The notes under the pieces were generated by a model. That model had not been told where the DNA came from, did not search any database, and saw only the letters and a list, made by a program, of their open reading frames with translations. The position numbers and the translations under genes were made by a program. Below are positions 50,533 through 62,680 of a DNA stretch of 64,000 nucleotides, piece after piece (positions within the stretch are counted from its first letter, which is position 1; every line of letters begins with the position of its first letter). The DNA lies in the NCBI GenBank assembly GCA_026936335.1, contig JAPMXV010000037.1, forward strand, positions 186,001-250,000, written 5' to 3'. The DNA is from Mantamonas sphyraenae STR306. Taxonomy: Eukaryota; Protista; CRuMs.

Positions 50533-51521
50533 ATGACGCACGGAAGCTTGCTGCGTGACGACACGGTGTCGTTGGTGTGTATGCTTGTTGTGGCCATGGT
50601 GTGTGGGTGTGCAGTGGCACAGGGCGAGCCGTTGAGAGAGGGACAACCATCCACGCTGGTGCTTCCGGCAGTGCCCCACGTCTCCAGAGCAGACATGGCA
50701 CCCGAGGTCGAGTGGGATTACGATTATGCCAAACAGACGTTGGTGTACGCATACGCAGCGTACTGCAATGGGACCAGTTTGCAGCAATGGGACTGCAAGT
50801 GGTGCAAGGAGCTGCCGCAAACCACCGTCACCCAGTATTTCTACGTCGATGCCATTGCTGGGTTTGTGGCCTACAGTGGTGACACGGCCCTGCTTGTGTA
50901 CAAGGGCACCACGTTCACCAACATCAAGGAATGGATCGAAAACTTCCAAATCAACAAGCTGACGCCGTACAAGGATGATCCCAAGGCCAAGGTGCACGCA
51001 GGATGGTACAAGGCGTACCAATTTGGCGGCGTGGGCAACGTGACACGCACCGCATTGCAACAGCTGTTCTCTCAACATTGTCCTCAGTGCCGGAAGCTGT
51101 TGGTCACCGGACACTCTCTGGGTGCCTCCATGGCCACCCTGGCTGCCATTGACCTTGTGGAACGTGACTTGTTGCCCGTTCCCGTCGATTTCCTCACCTT
51201 TGGATCGCCTCGTGTCGGCAACCGCGAGTTTGTGGAGCTGTGGTTGCAGCGCCTTGCTGGACGTCTGCTGCGCCTGCAGCGTGTGGTCAACCAGCACGAC
51301 GCCGTGGCACACCTGCCCAGTGACTGGCAGCACACCGGTTGGTGTCATCTGCCCACTCAGGTGTGGCACAAAACACCCACCCCGCGCGAGGACTATGTCA
51401 TTTGCGACGGTGGGCCCGCCCCAGCGGCAGCGAAGACCCCGCATGCTCCAACAACCAGCTGGACCTTAGTGTCCACGATCATTTGGACTACTTTGGCCTT
51501 CCTGAGAGCTGCTCGTCGTGA
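50533..51521 (+). CDS. Secreted class 3 lipase paralog; apparent frameshift ~51420
   Basis: YKGT, VHAGW, TGHSLGAS, TFGSPRVGN, DAVAHLP; the C-terminus SGSEDPACS..DHLDYFG lies in the alternate frame. Confidence 0.88.
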
Positions 51522-51633
51522 GAGGAATGGTGAGAGAGCGCGAAATGAAAGCCAAGACAACTACGGGGCAAAGACGGAGTGAAGCTGTCGTTCCTTGCCA
51601 CTTCAAAGTCTCTCTTTCACCCGTTGTTGTGCC

Positions 51634-54364
51634 ATGGCCCGCCCTTCCATTTTGGTCATTGCAGTGGTGGCCATGTGCGTGCTGGCCCTGTCCATCAACT
51701 TTCTGTACGTGGAACGCCAGGCGACCACCCCTGCGCCGGCGACCGAGGGCGAGATGCAACACGACGCTCCGCCCGCCACAGGCGACCCCTTTGCAGAGGA
51801 CGGCAAGCAAGATATGAATGCACCCAACGAGGAGGGTGACGCAGACGACGACAACGAAGAGGACGAGGAGGTGGTGACAACGCCCACGCCAACACCCACT
51901 GCAACACCCACTGCAACACCCACCACAACACCCACTGCAACACCCAGCGCATCACCGAGCCCAACGGCACAACCCACGACGCCTGCGGACAAGGGGTACT
52001 TTGCTGATCTTGGGCCGTGGTCGGACACCACGTACCAAGACCCGGACCCGTTCAATGTGAACCTGGACGACATTGTGGTGATGATGACGACGGGCAAGAA
52101 GCTGCATGGGACGCGAGCCAAGACGACGGAGCAGACGTGGGCCCAGTACGCACCCAACTTTCTCTTTTTCTCCTCCGGAGGGCCCGATGAGCATGTGAAG
52201 CGCGTGTACGCCGTGCCAGGCACGGGAGACACGTGGAAGGATGCAAATTACAGGTTCATGAAGTCGCAGGAGCTCATGCGACGCAAATTCCCCACGAAAA
52301 AGTGGTTCCTGGTTGGCGACGACGACACCTACATCTCTCTGCCCCACCTCCTGCGCTACCTGCGCCTCGTGGACAGCAACAGTAAGTTTGGGACGAGGGA
52401 AGAGGACGGGTTCCACCGCATCTGCGTGATGATGGATGTGCAATGGTTCCTGAGCGTGTGCACGGGTGCCCATCGTTGGCAGGTGAGCGCAAGACAGAAA
52501 CGCTGACGTCGCATTTTTCGCAGAGCCGTACGCCATGGGCTTCATGCGCTACTCACAGGGGTTCCAGTACGGCGGAGGGGGCACATTCATGACAGGAGCA
52601 GCACTGGACGCCACGCGATCGACGATGCTGACCAAATGTGTGAGCTACGACCAGAACTACGACATGAAGATGAGCCGGTGCCTGCGGGAGGCCGGAGTGA
52701 CGATGTTGCACATTGACGACAGCCACAGCATGCCGCCTGTGGACGCATGTGCCTCCAAGATGGGCGCTGGTGTGGGACAGCATCCAGTGAGCTTCCACTA
52801 CATCAAGGATGCAGCGAGTATGGAGTACCTGAGCGACGTGTTCACAGTCGTACCCATGCTCACCATGATGCAGGAGGAAGAGCGGCGTGGTGGCCAGCTT
52901 CCTGCCAATCGTGAGGAATGGGAACCCAGAGCCAACACATACGTGCATCCGCAGCAACCGGCGCGGGTGAACCCACGCTCGCTTCGCAAGCTGACACTGG
53001 AGACTGTGTATCGGCCACACTGGAGCAAGTGGTATGTGTTGGCCGGTCCCGATGAGGCGCCGTCGTCCATCCCCAACCACTATGGCAATTGGGAGTCGTC
53101 GCCAGGCGTCAAACAGTACCAGGCAACCCTGCCTGATCAGGCACAGAATCCGTTTGTTGGGTGGAAGCCTGCGTTTGTGAAAACACCCGAGGACTATGTG
53201 GAGAGGCCAGAAAAGGTGGGGTTGCTTGGAGTGCCTCCTGTGCTGCATGGCATCGGGTCGGTGGATCCCCACACGCACAGCGGCAGCCGGCGACGACTGC
53301 TGATGACAGCAGACAAGAAGGACCCGAAGAGCGAGGATGAGGGAACCGCAGCAGGCACAGTGACAAAGGTGGAGGGTCCCACGCCGGCACCGACGGCTGC
53401 ACCGACGCCACCCAAGGAAGAGGCGAGGAACAGGGTGATGTTTGTTGTGCGTGTGAGCGAAGCCAGCAACGACGACACAGACACGCCCAACATCCGACTG
53501 TCGAGCACGTACGAGACATGGATGCGCGAGTGCACGTCTGCAGCAGGATACGACGGGGTGTGGGTGGTGGGCAGCCACGAGCGACAAGACGCAGTCAAGG
53601 AACACATGGAGCATGTGTCGACGGTGGTGGTACATGACACCTACGATGAGTTGCAAAAGCCCAAGGGCGAGGCCACTGTGCGTGTGCCTCTGGTAATGCG
53701 TACGATCCAGACGCTGATGAAAAAGCACGGCGACTACGACTGGTATGCCCTGATGCCCGATGACACACTGGTGACCTGCCCACGCATGCTGGACACCCTC
53801 AACAAAGACCCTGACTGGGTGCATGCACACACGTCGCCCGTCATCATGGGCACCAACGGCATGGTGGACGGCTGGCCTGCGCTGCGGCGTGTGCTGAACG
53901 CAGACGGCCCGCTGTTGCTCAGCAACGAGCTGATGACACGCTTGAACGCATTGGATCTGGAAAACATGCGCGACGAGGGTGTCAACGGCTTCCAAAGGCT
54001 GAGCAGCGAGGACACGCACGACCTGCAGCGTGTGGACGATGTGGAACACGTCAACTTCCACCGTGCGGTTCTCAAGGCCGGAGGCGAGACGACACGCATC
54101 CTCATGGACGATCTGATGTATGCACAGGCGCCGGAGGACTACTGCACCATGCCGGATCTCATCACACGCACAGGCGGTTACATTCACACCATCCACGCCT
54201 GGGCCAACGCACACTTGCATCCGGAACGCCAGCGGGTGCTCGCACGCGGACGCAAGTGTGTGTGGGAGCTGGATCCCAGCGAGCATTGGCAGTGTGCGGC
54301 AAAGGAGATGGGGGTCGCCGATCGCCATGTGCAAGGATGGAAGTGGGCAACCATCACCTCGTGA
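51634..54364 (+). CDS. Type II membrane protein with two tandem Fringe/GT31-like glycosyltransferase domains; intron 52382-52524
   Basis: N-terminal TM and PT-rich stem; domain 1 TWA, KWFLVGDDDTYI, GGGG, D..MSRCL, PVSFHY; domain 2 YETW, YDWYALMPDDTLV. Confidence 0.8.
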
Positions 54365-54463
54365 GAACAGACATGACACTTACCCAAACCCTAACAGTGC
54401 ACTGCAAGCGTCCATTGTGCACTCCATCTACCTTTCATTTCCAACCGCAATGAGAGAGAGTGA

Positions 54464-55483
54464 TCACTCCGCCTGTTTTCGTCCATTCAATCCCAGCGCT
54501 TGCCAGACAATGAACCGCGCGTACCCATCACGGATTGCGTTGATGTCTGAACCACCCTCTAACAAGGTGAGCATGGTCTCCACGTGGTCTCCATGAGCTG
54601 CAGCCACCAGAGCTGTCCAGCCGTTGTCGCACTCGGCCGTCACATCCGCATGTCCCACCTGCATCAACACATCCACCGCCTTTGTTTGTCCAAACCATGC
54701 AGCAATCATCAACGCATCCCATCCGTGATCCTTCACCGCGTTCACATTCGCCCCGCCCTTGATCAGCGCCAACACAGCCTCCCAGTGTCCCTCCTGTGCG
54801 GCATACATCAACGCCGTGTGGCCACCGTCTAATGCCGCCTCTGTATCTGCGCCCGCTTCAATCAGCACCTGGATGCAGTCGACATGGCCGGTCTGGGCAG
54901 CCCCCAACAACGCGGTGGCACCCCGTCCCGTGGTGCGTTTCTGCGTGTTTGGGTCCGCACCATAGTCCAGCAACAACTTCACCGTACGTACGTGTCCATT
55001 CTGAGCTGCCAGAAACACGGGTATGCTGTCCCCATCCGTCCACGACGGTTGTGCGCCGCCGTCCCGCAGCAGCACCTCCACCACCGCTGTCCACCCCTGC
55101 TCGCACGCTGTCAGCAGTCCCGTGCGCATTCCTTCGCTTGCCCCACCCTGCACCAACACTTCCACCGTCTTCAAATGGCCCTCCTGTGCCGCCAGCTGGA
55201 GGGCCGAGGCACCGTCGGCTCGTGTGCGATTCACGCTTGCCCCGTGATCCAACAGAAGCTCCACACACTTTTCGTGTCCCATGGCTGCACTGTTGATCAA
55301 CGCAGTCACCTTTCCCGGTCCCTCGGCGTCCACATCGACACCTGCGTCGAGCAACACCTGCACAACCTCGGTGTGTCCTTGCTGAGCGCCCAGCATGAGC
55401 CCATACTCCTTGTCTTCCTTCCCACTGTTGGTCAACAACGACTTGACCGCCCTCCAGTTCCCATGGTAGGCAGCAAGATCCAT
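54464..55483 (-). CDS. Ankyrin-repeat protein
   Basis: About 10 tandem ankyrin repeats (GATALLGAAQTGH, GHTALMYAAQEGH, etc.). Confidence 0.9.
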   Translation of the reverse strand: MDLAAYHGNWRAVKSLLTNSGKEDKEYGLMLGAQQGHTEVVQVLLDAGVDVDAEGPGKVTALINSAAMGHEKCVELLLDHGASVNRTRADGASALQLAAQEGHLKTVEVLVQGGASEGMRTGLLTACEQGWTAVVEVLLRDGGAQPSWTDGDSIPVFLAAQNGHVRTVKLLLDYGADPNTQKRTTGRGATALLGAAQTGHVDCIQVLIEAGADTEAALDGGHTALMYAAQEGHWEAVLALIKGGANVNAVKDHGWDALMIAAWFGQTKAVDVLMQVGHADVTAECDNGWTALVAAAHGDHVETMLTLLEGGSDINAIRDGYARFIVWQALGLNGRKQAE

Positions 55484-55586
55484 GCTGCTATGTGGTGTGT
55501 GGTGTGTGGTGTGTTGTCTGCGCGAGTGCACACACAAGAGCACTGCCCACAGCACAGACAGCACGTTCATTACACACACACACAGA

Positions 55587-56065
55587 ATGTCGTTTGTGGG
55601 TCCTACGGTCAAGGCTCAGGTGTACAGGCGGACCTTTGCACGAGGGCTGGGCTACTTTGCCATCGGCCTGCCCTTCTTCTACTACTACACGCAGACAGAG
55701 GAAGAGGTGCAGCAACAGCTCAAGGTTCGTTGGTTGGTGGGCACAGAGGATGAATTTGCAAAGGTGCACATGAACGGATGGGGCCCAACCAACCCCCTTC
55801 TCTCCCCACCACGTGTGGATCATTCGTTCGGCGAGTTTTCCCCCACGCTTGCACTGACACACACACTCACTCACACACACGCTCGACGTCTCACCGCCTA
55901 CAGGAGGCAAGCAAGAATACCATGCAGTATGAGAGGACACGGATGAACAACCAGCTGTTCCTGGACAAAATCCGCAGCGAGAGCGTGTTTGACTCGAGCG
56001 GCAAGACCGAGTCGGAGGTGGCAGAGGAGGCACAGAGGAGGCACACGGAGGAAGCAGGAAAATGA
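55587..56065 (+). CDS. Small single-TM protein (~99 aa), possibly Cbp4/UQCC3-like mitochondrial assembly factor; intron 55725-55903
   Basis: MSFVGPTVKAQVYRRTFARGLGYFAIGLPFFYYYTQTEEEVQQQLK|EASKNTMQYERTRMNNQLFLDKIRS; TM followed by YTxTEEE and an amphipathic helix. Confidence 0.55.
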
Positions 56066-56227
56066 AGGCCATCTCTCTCTCTCTCTCACACTCTCTTTCA
56101 TTCCTCCCATTTCTCATGATGATGGTTCGTGCACTCTGCAGCTGTGCGTTTCCCGCTGCGGGTTCCCGTCCGCTTTCGGAGGCAGCGCAACACAGTCACA
56201 CACACACACACACACACACACGTGGGA

Positions 56228-58027
56228 ATGCTGGAGACATACAAGGATGCAGTGAATTACCTGTGGTCCACGGTGTCGTTTGCCAAAATCAGCAAGGAGG
56301 AGTACGAGTCACGTGAGGCGAATCGGCTGTACCGCTTCCTGCGCAAGGCGGACGTGTTGCCGCTGGACAACGCCTCGCAACTGCGAGTGATCCACGTGGC
56401 TGGCACCAACGGCAAGGGGTCGACGGCAGCCATGAGTGCAGCGGCATTGCAGGCGTTGGGTTACAAGGTGGGCCTGTTTACGTCGCCCCACCTGCACAGC
56501 GTTCGGGAACGGTGCCGCATCGACGGCGCCCTGATGACCCGTCAGGAATTTGTGGAGCGGATGAACGAGGTCAAGACGCTGATTGAACGCATCACCGACA
56601 TTGAACTGACGGTGTTTGACAGGCTGACCATGCTTGCGTTGCTGCACTTTACGCACCACCAGGTGGATTGGGCGGTGATGGAGGTGGGGATGGGTGGACG
56701 ACTGGATTCCACCAACTGCATGCCCGACCATTGGATCCAAGCCAGTGTGATCAACAGCCTGAGTTTGGAGCATACCAATGTGTTGGGCAACACCATCCAG
56801 GACATCGCATGGGCCAAGGGAGGCATCATACGCCCTGCCGTCCCTGTCTTTACCATCCAACAGCCCTCCCACGACGCCCATGTCGTCCTTGCCGACATTG
56901 CACAGGACAAGCAGACCACGTTGCATGTCAGCACACCCGTGGGATTGGACACAGATGCCATGCTGGCTGTGCTGCAGGGCAAAGAGGTGTCTTCAGGTGA
57001 GAACAGCAGCAGCAGTACTACCACCACCACCACCAGCATGCAGAGTGAGGAGGATGACTATCAGGATGTGAACCGTGGCCTTGTGTTGAGTGTGTTTGCA
57101 CATCTGTTGCAAAAGGGCATTGTGGAGGATGCGTCGCAGGGCCAGGCGGTGGTCAAGGCGTTGCAGGAGGTGCGTTGGTTTGCACGCATGGAGGCACTCA
57201 CGGGTGCCCCGGTGCCCGTGTACATCGACTGTGCACACAACTTGGGTGCTTTTCGCACCTTTGTGCACACGTTGGCCAACACCCTGGCCGCAGAGGTGGA
57301 GCACAACCACAACGCGGATGTCAGCACCACAGGCACCACTGGCACCATCACCAGTGCTCCCGTCTTTGTGGTCGGTTGCAACAGGGACAAGGAGGTGCAA
57401 CCCATGATCCAACTCCTGCTGGAGTATCCTCTCGTCGCTGCGCTTGTGTTTGTCAATAGCTCCCATCCCAAGGCACTCATGCCTGCCGAGATGGTCGAGC
57501 GCTTCAACACAGAATCGGCCTCCGAGGATGACGATGCCCCTTTGCTTGTGCCTGTGCCACAGGAACAGTCTGAGGAGGAGGGTGCCACCGAGCAGCCTTC
57601 GGCGTATGTGTACCGCGACGTGCATGTGTATCTGTGTGACCAACGTACGGAGGCTGTGCAAAAAGCGTTGGCACTGGCTGCCGACCACACGCACCAGGCA
57701 CAAAGCCAAGAGGATGGCACGCAAGAGACGAACGACGAGGGCAACGACGATGATGAGGGCAGCATCAGCAACAGCAGCAACAGCAGCAGCAGCAATAGCA
57801 CCCAAGGGGTCGTGGTGGGTGTGGGATCTGTGTTTCTGGCTGCCGATCTGCGTGAGGAGTGGTGTGTGTTGTACCCGGATTCATTCCCTGCTTCGGATTG
57901 GGTTCACGAGGCAGCCAAGGAACCCACCTTTGAGTGGACATCCTCCTCCTCCTCCACCACCAGCTCCTCCTCCACCTCGTCCGACGAATCGAGCAGCTCG
58001 GCATCCTCCTCCTCCTCCTCGGCATAG
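56228..58027 (+). CDS. FPGS: Folylpolyglutamate synthase / dihydrofolate synthase
   Basis: IHVAGTNGKGST, GLFTSPHL, EVGMGGRLDSTN, EHTNVLG, IAWAKGGI, IDCAHN, GSVFLA. Confidence 0.9.
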   Translation: MLETYKDAVNYLWSTVSFAKISKEEYESREANRLYRFLRKADVLPLDNASQLRVIHVAGTNGKGSTAAMSAAALQALGYKVGLFTSPHLHSVRERCRIDGALMTRQEFVERMNEVKTLIERITDIELTVFDRLTMLALLHFTHHQVDWAVMEVGMGGRLDSTNCMPDHWIQASVINSLSLEHTNVLGNTIQDIAWAKGGIIRPAVPVFTIQQPSHDAHVVLADIAQDKQTTLHVSTPVGLDTDAMLAVLQGKEVSSGENSSSSTTTTTTSMQSEEDDYQDVNRGLVLSVFAHLLQKGIVEDASQGQAVVKALQEVRWFARMEALTGAPVPVYIDCAHNLGAFRTFVHTLANTLAAEVEHNHNADVSTTGTTGTITSAPVFVVGCNRDKEVQPMIQLLLEYPLVAALVFVNSSHPKALMPAEMVERFNTESASEDDDAPLLVPVPQEQSEEEGATEQPSAYVYRDVHVYLCDQRTEAVQKALALAADHTHQAQSQEDGTQETNDEGNDDDEGSISNSSNSSSSNSTQGVVVGVGSVFLAADLREEWCVLYPDSFPASDWVHEAAKEPTFEWTSSSSSTTSSSSTSSDESSSSASSSSSSA

Positions 58028-59150
58028 AAGTACAAGCTTTACCTTGGCAATGTCCTTGTTGACACACTCTGGCTGCTTGCTGTAGTACTGCCAGTAGCGA
58101 TGGTTCTCTTTGACACGCAGGCGCTTGATAAAGGCCATGCCATTGTCGTCCTCCTCCCACAGCGCAGGCTGTTCGTTCACCTCGTCCAGGTACTCCACCA
58201 GATCCTTCCAGCCTGCACTTTGCAATCGAAATGTGTTTTCCACCTCTGGCGACCACTGCTTGGCACGCACCATCTTGATTGGCTTGCGTTGTGTCTGCTT
58301 ACCCTTGCCATTGACCTTGACCTTGCCCTTGCCCTTGCCCTTGCCCACGGTCGATCCCAACCCTGCCGTTCGTCCCACCACCTCTTTGCCCTTGCCCTTG
58401 TCCCGTGTCTCCATGCTCTTGCTCCCTCCTCCCATGCCCGAGACACCACTCGTCACCTTGCCCTTGCCCTTGTCCATACCCTTGGTGTTGATGCTGCTGC
58501 TACCACCACCACACCACCACTACACCGTGGCTGTAGTTGGATGCGTTGTATGTGGATGATGTCGATGTGCTCCCTGTTTGCTTGTGACCACTGCTGCTGC
58601 TGCTGCTGCCACTGCTGCCTTCCTGCGTGTTGTTTGCTCGATGCAGCGCGTTTTCCCGGTCGCTGCTGCGAGACACCCGTCCCGACGGCCGTGTCGATGT
58701 ACTGCTGCCTGTCGATGTGTTCCCCAGTGTCTTTGATTCATTCGTCTGTGGGTCTGTCGTGTCCATGGGCATGCTTGTGGCTCCCTTGTGGCTGTCCAAC
58801 GACGGAAACCTGGCCGAGCCCGTGGACCGTTTCTCCCCGCGCGCGTTTGTCTTTGCACCCGTCCCTGCCTTGCCTGTGCCACTGCCCTCTGTACCTCGTT
58901 TGGTCAACCCACTGCCTATGCTCACCCCTTCCTTCCTCCGCGTCGTCGTCGTCCCACTCGTCGTTTTACTCCGTGTCTGGCCATACCCGGAACTGGAGAT
59001 GTTCCGCTTCTTCGTCGTCGTCGTCCCACCCGACTTTTTGCCTGCCTTACGGGCCCCAGCCCCAGCACCAGCACCACCGCCACCGCCACTCTTTTCCTTC
59101 TTGGAATGCAGTGTCATGGGCGTGGATGACACGCTGAGTCCGAGATCCAT
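57904..59150 (-). CDS. MEIG1: MEIG1-domain protein with long G/K/S/T-rich N-terminus; apparent indels at ~58512-58524 and ~58035
   Basis: MVRAKQWSPEVENTFRLQSAGWKDLVEY..W...FIKRL....WQYYSKQPEC...IAKVKL matches MEIG1; the upstream low-complexity ORF joins via shifts in a GGT repeat. Confidence 0.75.
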
Positions 59151-59253
59151 GCCGCCTGTGATGCGAAGATGTTGTTGATGCGTGGGCGCAGCCAGAGCCT
59201 GCCAGCCCTCAAACAGCACCACGTCGTCGGATCTACCACAGCAGCAGAGGCAC

Positions 59254-61007
59254 ATGACCACACCGGTGGTGGGAGGCATGCAGCGTGTGATTCCCCATGC
59301 CTGGATGTTTGCACGGCAGCAGGGCAGTCGCAGCAGCAGCAGGGCAGCAGCCACCACGCAGGAGGGCCTCTTCATCGCCCTCGGCTCACGTAGGGGCTTC
59401 CACGTGCACAGGGCAGTCCACAGGCACGACTTGGACGCAAACAATGATGATGGTGATGGTGATGCAAAGGGCATGCGGGGCCGTCAGGAGATGGACTTTG
59501 TGGAGCAGGAGCTGCAGAGGGAGATGGAGGAGGAACGCCTCTCCAAGCGCTTGGGTCTGTTTTCCGGTGCTGCCATGATTCCACACCCGGCCAAGCGCGA
59601 ACGAGGTGGCGAGGACGCATACTTTGTGGATGACAAGTGGGTTTGGAGGGTGTGGAGACGTGGGGTTGGGCGTGTGGGGGGAGAAAAACGGGAGAGTGTG
59701 TGTGGGAAATGGGAAACGGGAGATTGTGAGCTGACACACACGCGCCCTTTTTCACGGTCCACAACGTCACCTGGGCGCAGGGACAACATTGTGGGAGTGG
59801 CAGATGGTGTGGGTGGCTGGGCGGAGCAGGGGATTGATGCAGGCGAGTATTCGCGAGCTCTGATGAAGGTGGGTGGGGGAGGGTTGGATGGCTCCGTGGC
59901 GCCGGTAGTCCGGGTACCTGGAACTGACTCCCTGCTGAAACGACGGCGGACTGTGTGGATGTGTGTGTACGTGATGGTGGGCATGGGTTGTTTGTGAACA
60001 CACGTGTGGGTGCAATTGTGGACGATGGGGCACCGCAGTACTGCGAGCAATACGCGCAGGAGTACGTGGAGAACACACGCATTGGCCTGCGTGTCGAAAG
60101 CTACCGACGACAAAGCGAAGGCGACGACAACAACGCCATGGGCGAAGTCATGGCCAAGTACAACACCGCAGACAACACAGCCGTGTTTGTGCCACCACTC
60201 AAGGTGCTCAACGACGCCTACATGAAGGTGACCTTTGAAAACGTACGTGGAGTGTGTGATGCTGTGTGAGAGAGAGATCCAACACACACACACACACACG
60301 AGACTCACTCACCCCCACACACACATTCCCTGGGGTTGTCTGGCCACAGATTCTGGGTTCGACAACGGCGTGTGTGGTGTCGTTGGATGCAAAGGAGCAC
60401 CGTTTGGAGGTGCAGAATGTGGGCGATAGTGGCACGCTTGTGATCCGTGACGAACGGGTGATTCTGACCACAGAGCCACAACAGCACCGGTTCAACCAAC
60501 CATACCAGCTGGGCGGAAGCGATACCCCTTCCTGTGCCGACAAGTACGAGTTGGCTGTGCGTGCAGGAGACGTCATTGTCACCGCCACAGACGGTCTCTT
60601 TGATTCTCTCTACGTCCCAGAAGTGCTGGAGATTGTGCGCGAGTGGTAAGTGTGAACGTGACCATGGGATGGACGGGGCATGGGGTGACGGAAGGGGGCG
60701 GATGAACGATTGACGGACCCTGGGTGATGCTCACACTCTCCCTCTCCCTCTCAACAGCATCAAGACGGCAGAGGCATCCGGGGAGGAGTTTGACCCCAGT
60801 CTGTTGGCTCAGCGACTTGCCTATGAAGCTCATGAGCTGGCACGGGATCCCAGCCGCTACAACGAGACGCGCATCTCCCCATTTGAGCTGCAGTGTGCTC
60901 AGTCCACAGAGCTCATCTACTTCAAGGGCGGTAAGATGGACGACATCACAGTGGTCGTCTCCATGGTGGTCGCCAAAGACCCTGCAGAGGAGTCTTTGGT
61001 CGTGTAG
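59254..61007 (+). CDS. PPTC7: PP2C-family phosphatase PTC7, multi-exon
   Basis: IPHPAKRERGGEDAYF, VGVADGVGGW..GIDAGEYSRALM, GSTTAC, NVGDSG, QQHRFNQPYQLG, ATDGLFD, GGKMDDITVVV. Confidence 0.9.
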
Positions 61008-61064
61008 GGGAAAACAAACACACATCCTTTTGAAACTCCTCCATTGTATGTACTCCGCGTCGCA

Positions 61065-62545
61065 TCATGTGCTCGTGGGCATCAGGTTGGCAAAGTCGAT
61101 CTGCAATACACTCGCAAACTTTTCATAAGCCCTCTTGCGTGCGGAGCGCAGGCGGATGCTTGCCGAGAGGATAAGCACAAAGGTGCCGTTGGACACGATG
61201 GCCAGCACAAGCAGCATGGTGCCCAGTACAAAGGTGGCTTCCTGCGTGTAGTACGACGCCAACACGGCCTCCACAGTGAGGATGAGCAGCACCACACTCA
61301 ACACCACGTCCAACATCGCATACAGCTGCAACTGCTCCTGTGCCGTGCCCACCAAGGACATCATTTCGGAGCGGTGACGTGCCAGAGCCTTTTCCAAAGG
61401 TGACATGGTCCTCGAGTTGCCGTCGAGCTCGTCGGTGAGCGAGGCTGCTGTGGCAGCGTTGTTCTTTGCCCGTTCGATGACGTCTGACAACTCGTCGAAG
61501 CGCAGAGTGAACAAGTAGATGACCAACCAGAAGCAGAAGGGCACCCCGACGAGAGTAAACACCACGAGGGCGTCGACGACCCTGCTCAGCAACCACATCC
61601 GGATCACTCTTCGTTGAGCTTCTCCGGCGCAACCACAGCCTCGTTGAGAGTGCCCACAATCCACGCCAGTGACAAGAGACCCGCAATGGTAAGCACCACC
61701 AGCAGCCAGCGTTGTGTGCGACGCCGTTGCTGTTCGGCAGCTGACGTCGACGACAGTCGCACACGACGGAACACATTGGCAATGGTCGACCAGTGAGCTC
61801 CCATCGAGTACCAACCCGCCACGTAGCCACACAGACTCTTGGCGTAGAAGAGGATGGCCAGCATGGTCGTGCGTGTCATTTCCGGAAGGATCCCATGGTC
61901 TTTCACCGGCCCGTGTGCGTTGTAGTATGATACAGATATGATGCCGTTGGCAATCAGCAGCCCCGTGAACAACACCGGGTGTAGGTAACGCAGGATCACA
62001 GGCACGGCGCTCGGATGTCGGTACCCGAGCAGCCGAACAAAGAGCCGCAGCCACCGGAAGATCTTCAGGGTGTCCTTGTTCTGTGTGTTGACCATGTGTC
62101 CAGAGTACAACGAACTCATCGAATATTTGGACTCTGTGCGTGGTATGGAGCGCTGTACATCATCCACAGTCACCACCGTGGCTGTGCACACGCCGATTTT
62201 GCAGCCAGGGGCGCCCCGGAGGCGGCGCGTCAGCAAGCAAGCGCGCCGTTTTTTCTCTCTCCCAACGCCCGCGCTTTTATCCATCATCCATCACTCACAC
62301 TTCATGTGCCCCTGCTTGGCCTTCCGCTGCAGGGTGTCGGCGTTCCGTTGGTCCAGCTCGTTCAGCGAGTGCTTTTCTGTTCCGTTCCGTGTGGTGCAGC
62401 GTGGTGCTTGCGGGTCAGTGTGCTTGCGTGGGCTCGAGGTTTCGATTTGCACACACAACACGCTCTGGAACCCTCCCTCCTGCGTCCACGCATCCCTCTC
62501 GTCGTCTCGTATGCCCCCCACACGCACACGCTACTTACCGAGCAT
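61065..62545 (-). CDS. Multi-pass membrane protein (~6 TM), gustatory-receptor-like; two 5' introns; apparent frameshift ~61607
   Basis: Spliced start ML|EKHSLNE..MK|STVVTVDD joins ORF 61604..62287, then a 1-nt shift (NEE/VIRM) into ORF 61065..62054; six hydrophobic helices. Confidence 0.6.
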
Positions 62546-62680
62546 TGTTTTCACCGACCACCAGAAACGTCGTGCACTTGGTATGGTGGAGCCGTCGCGT
62601 CGTGGTTGCGGCGACGAAGAAACCAAACTTGCTGGAGGCAGAAGGACATGCCATGTGGTGACCAAAGCCTAACAATCGCT

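Noticed and set aside
54386-54394. Telomeric/telo-box AAACCCTAA
   Set aside because: A single copy between convergent 3' ends; compatible with chance.
59955-60269. Nested gene inside a PPTC7 intron
   Set aside because: It has CAG/GTACGT borders and splices in frame as an ordinary PPTC7 exon.
61604-61606. TGA readthrough, selenocysteine or an alternative genetic code
   Set aside because: The downstream coding sequence is in a different frame, and TAA, TAG and TGA all terminate conserved genes normally.
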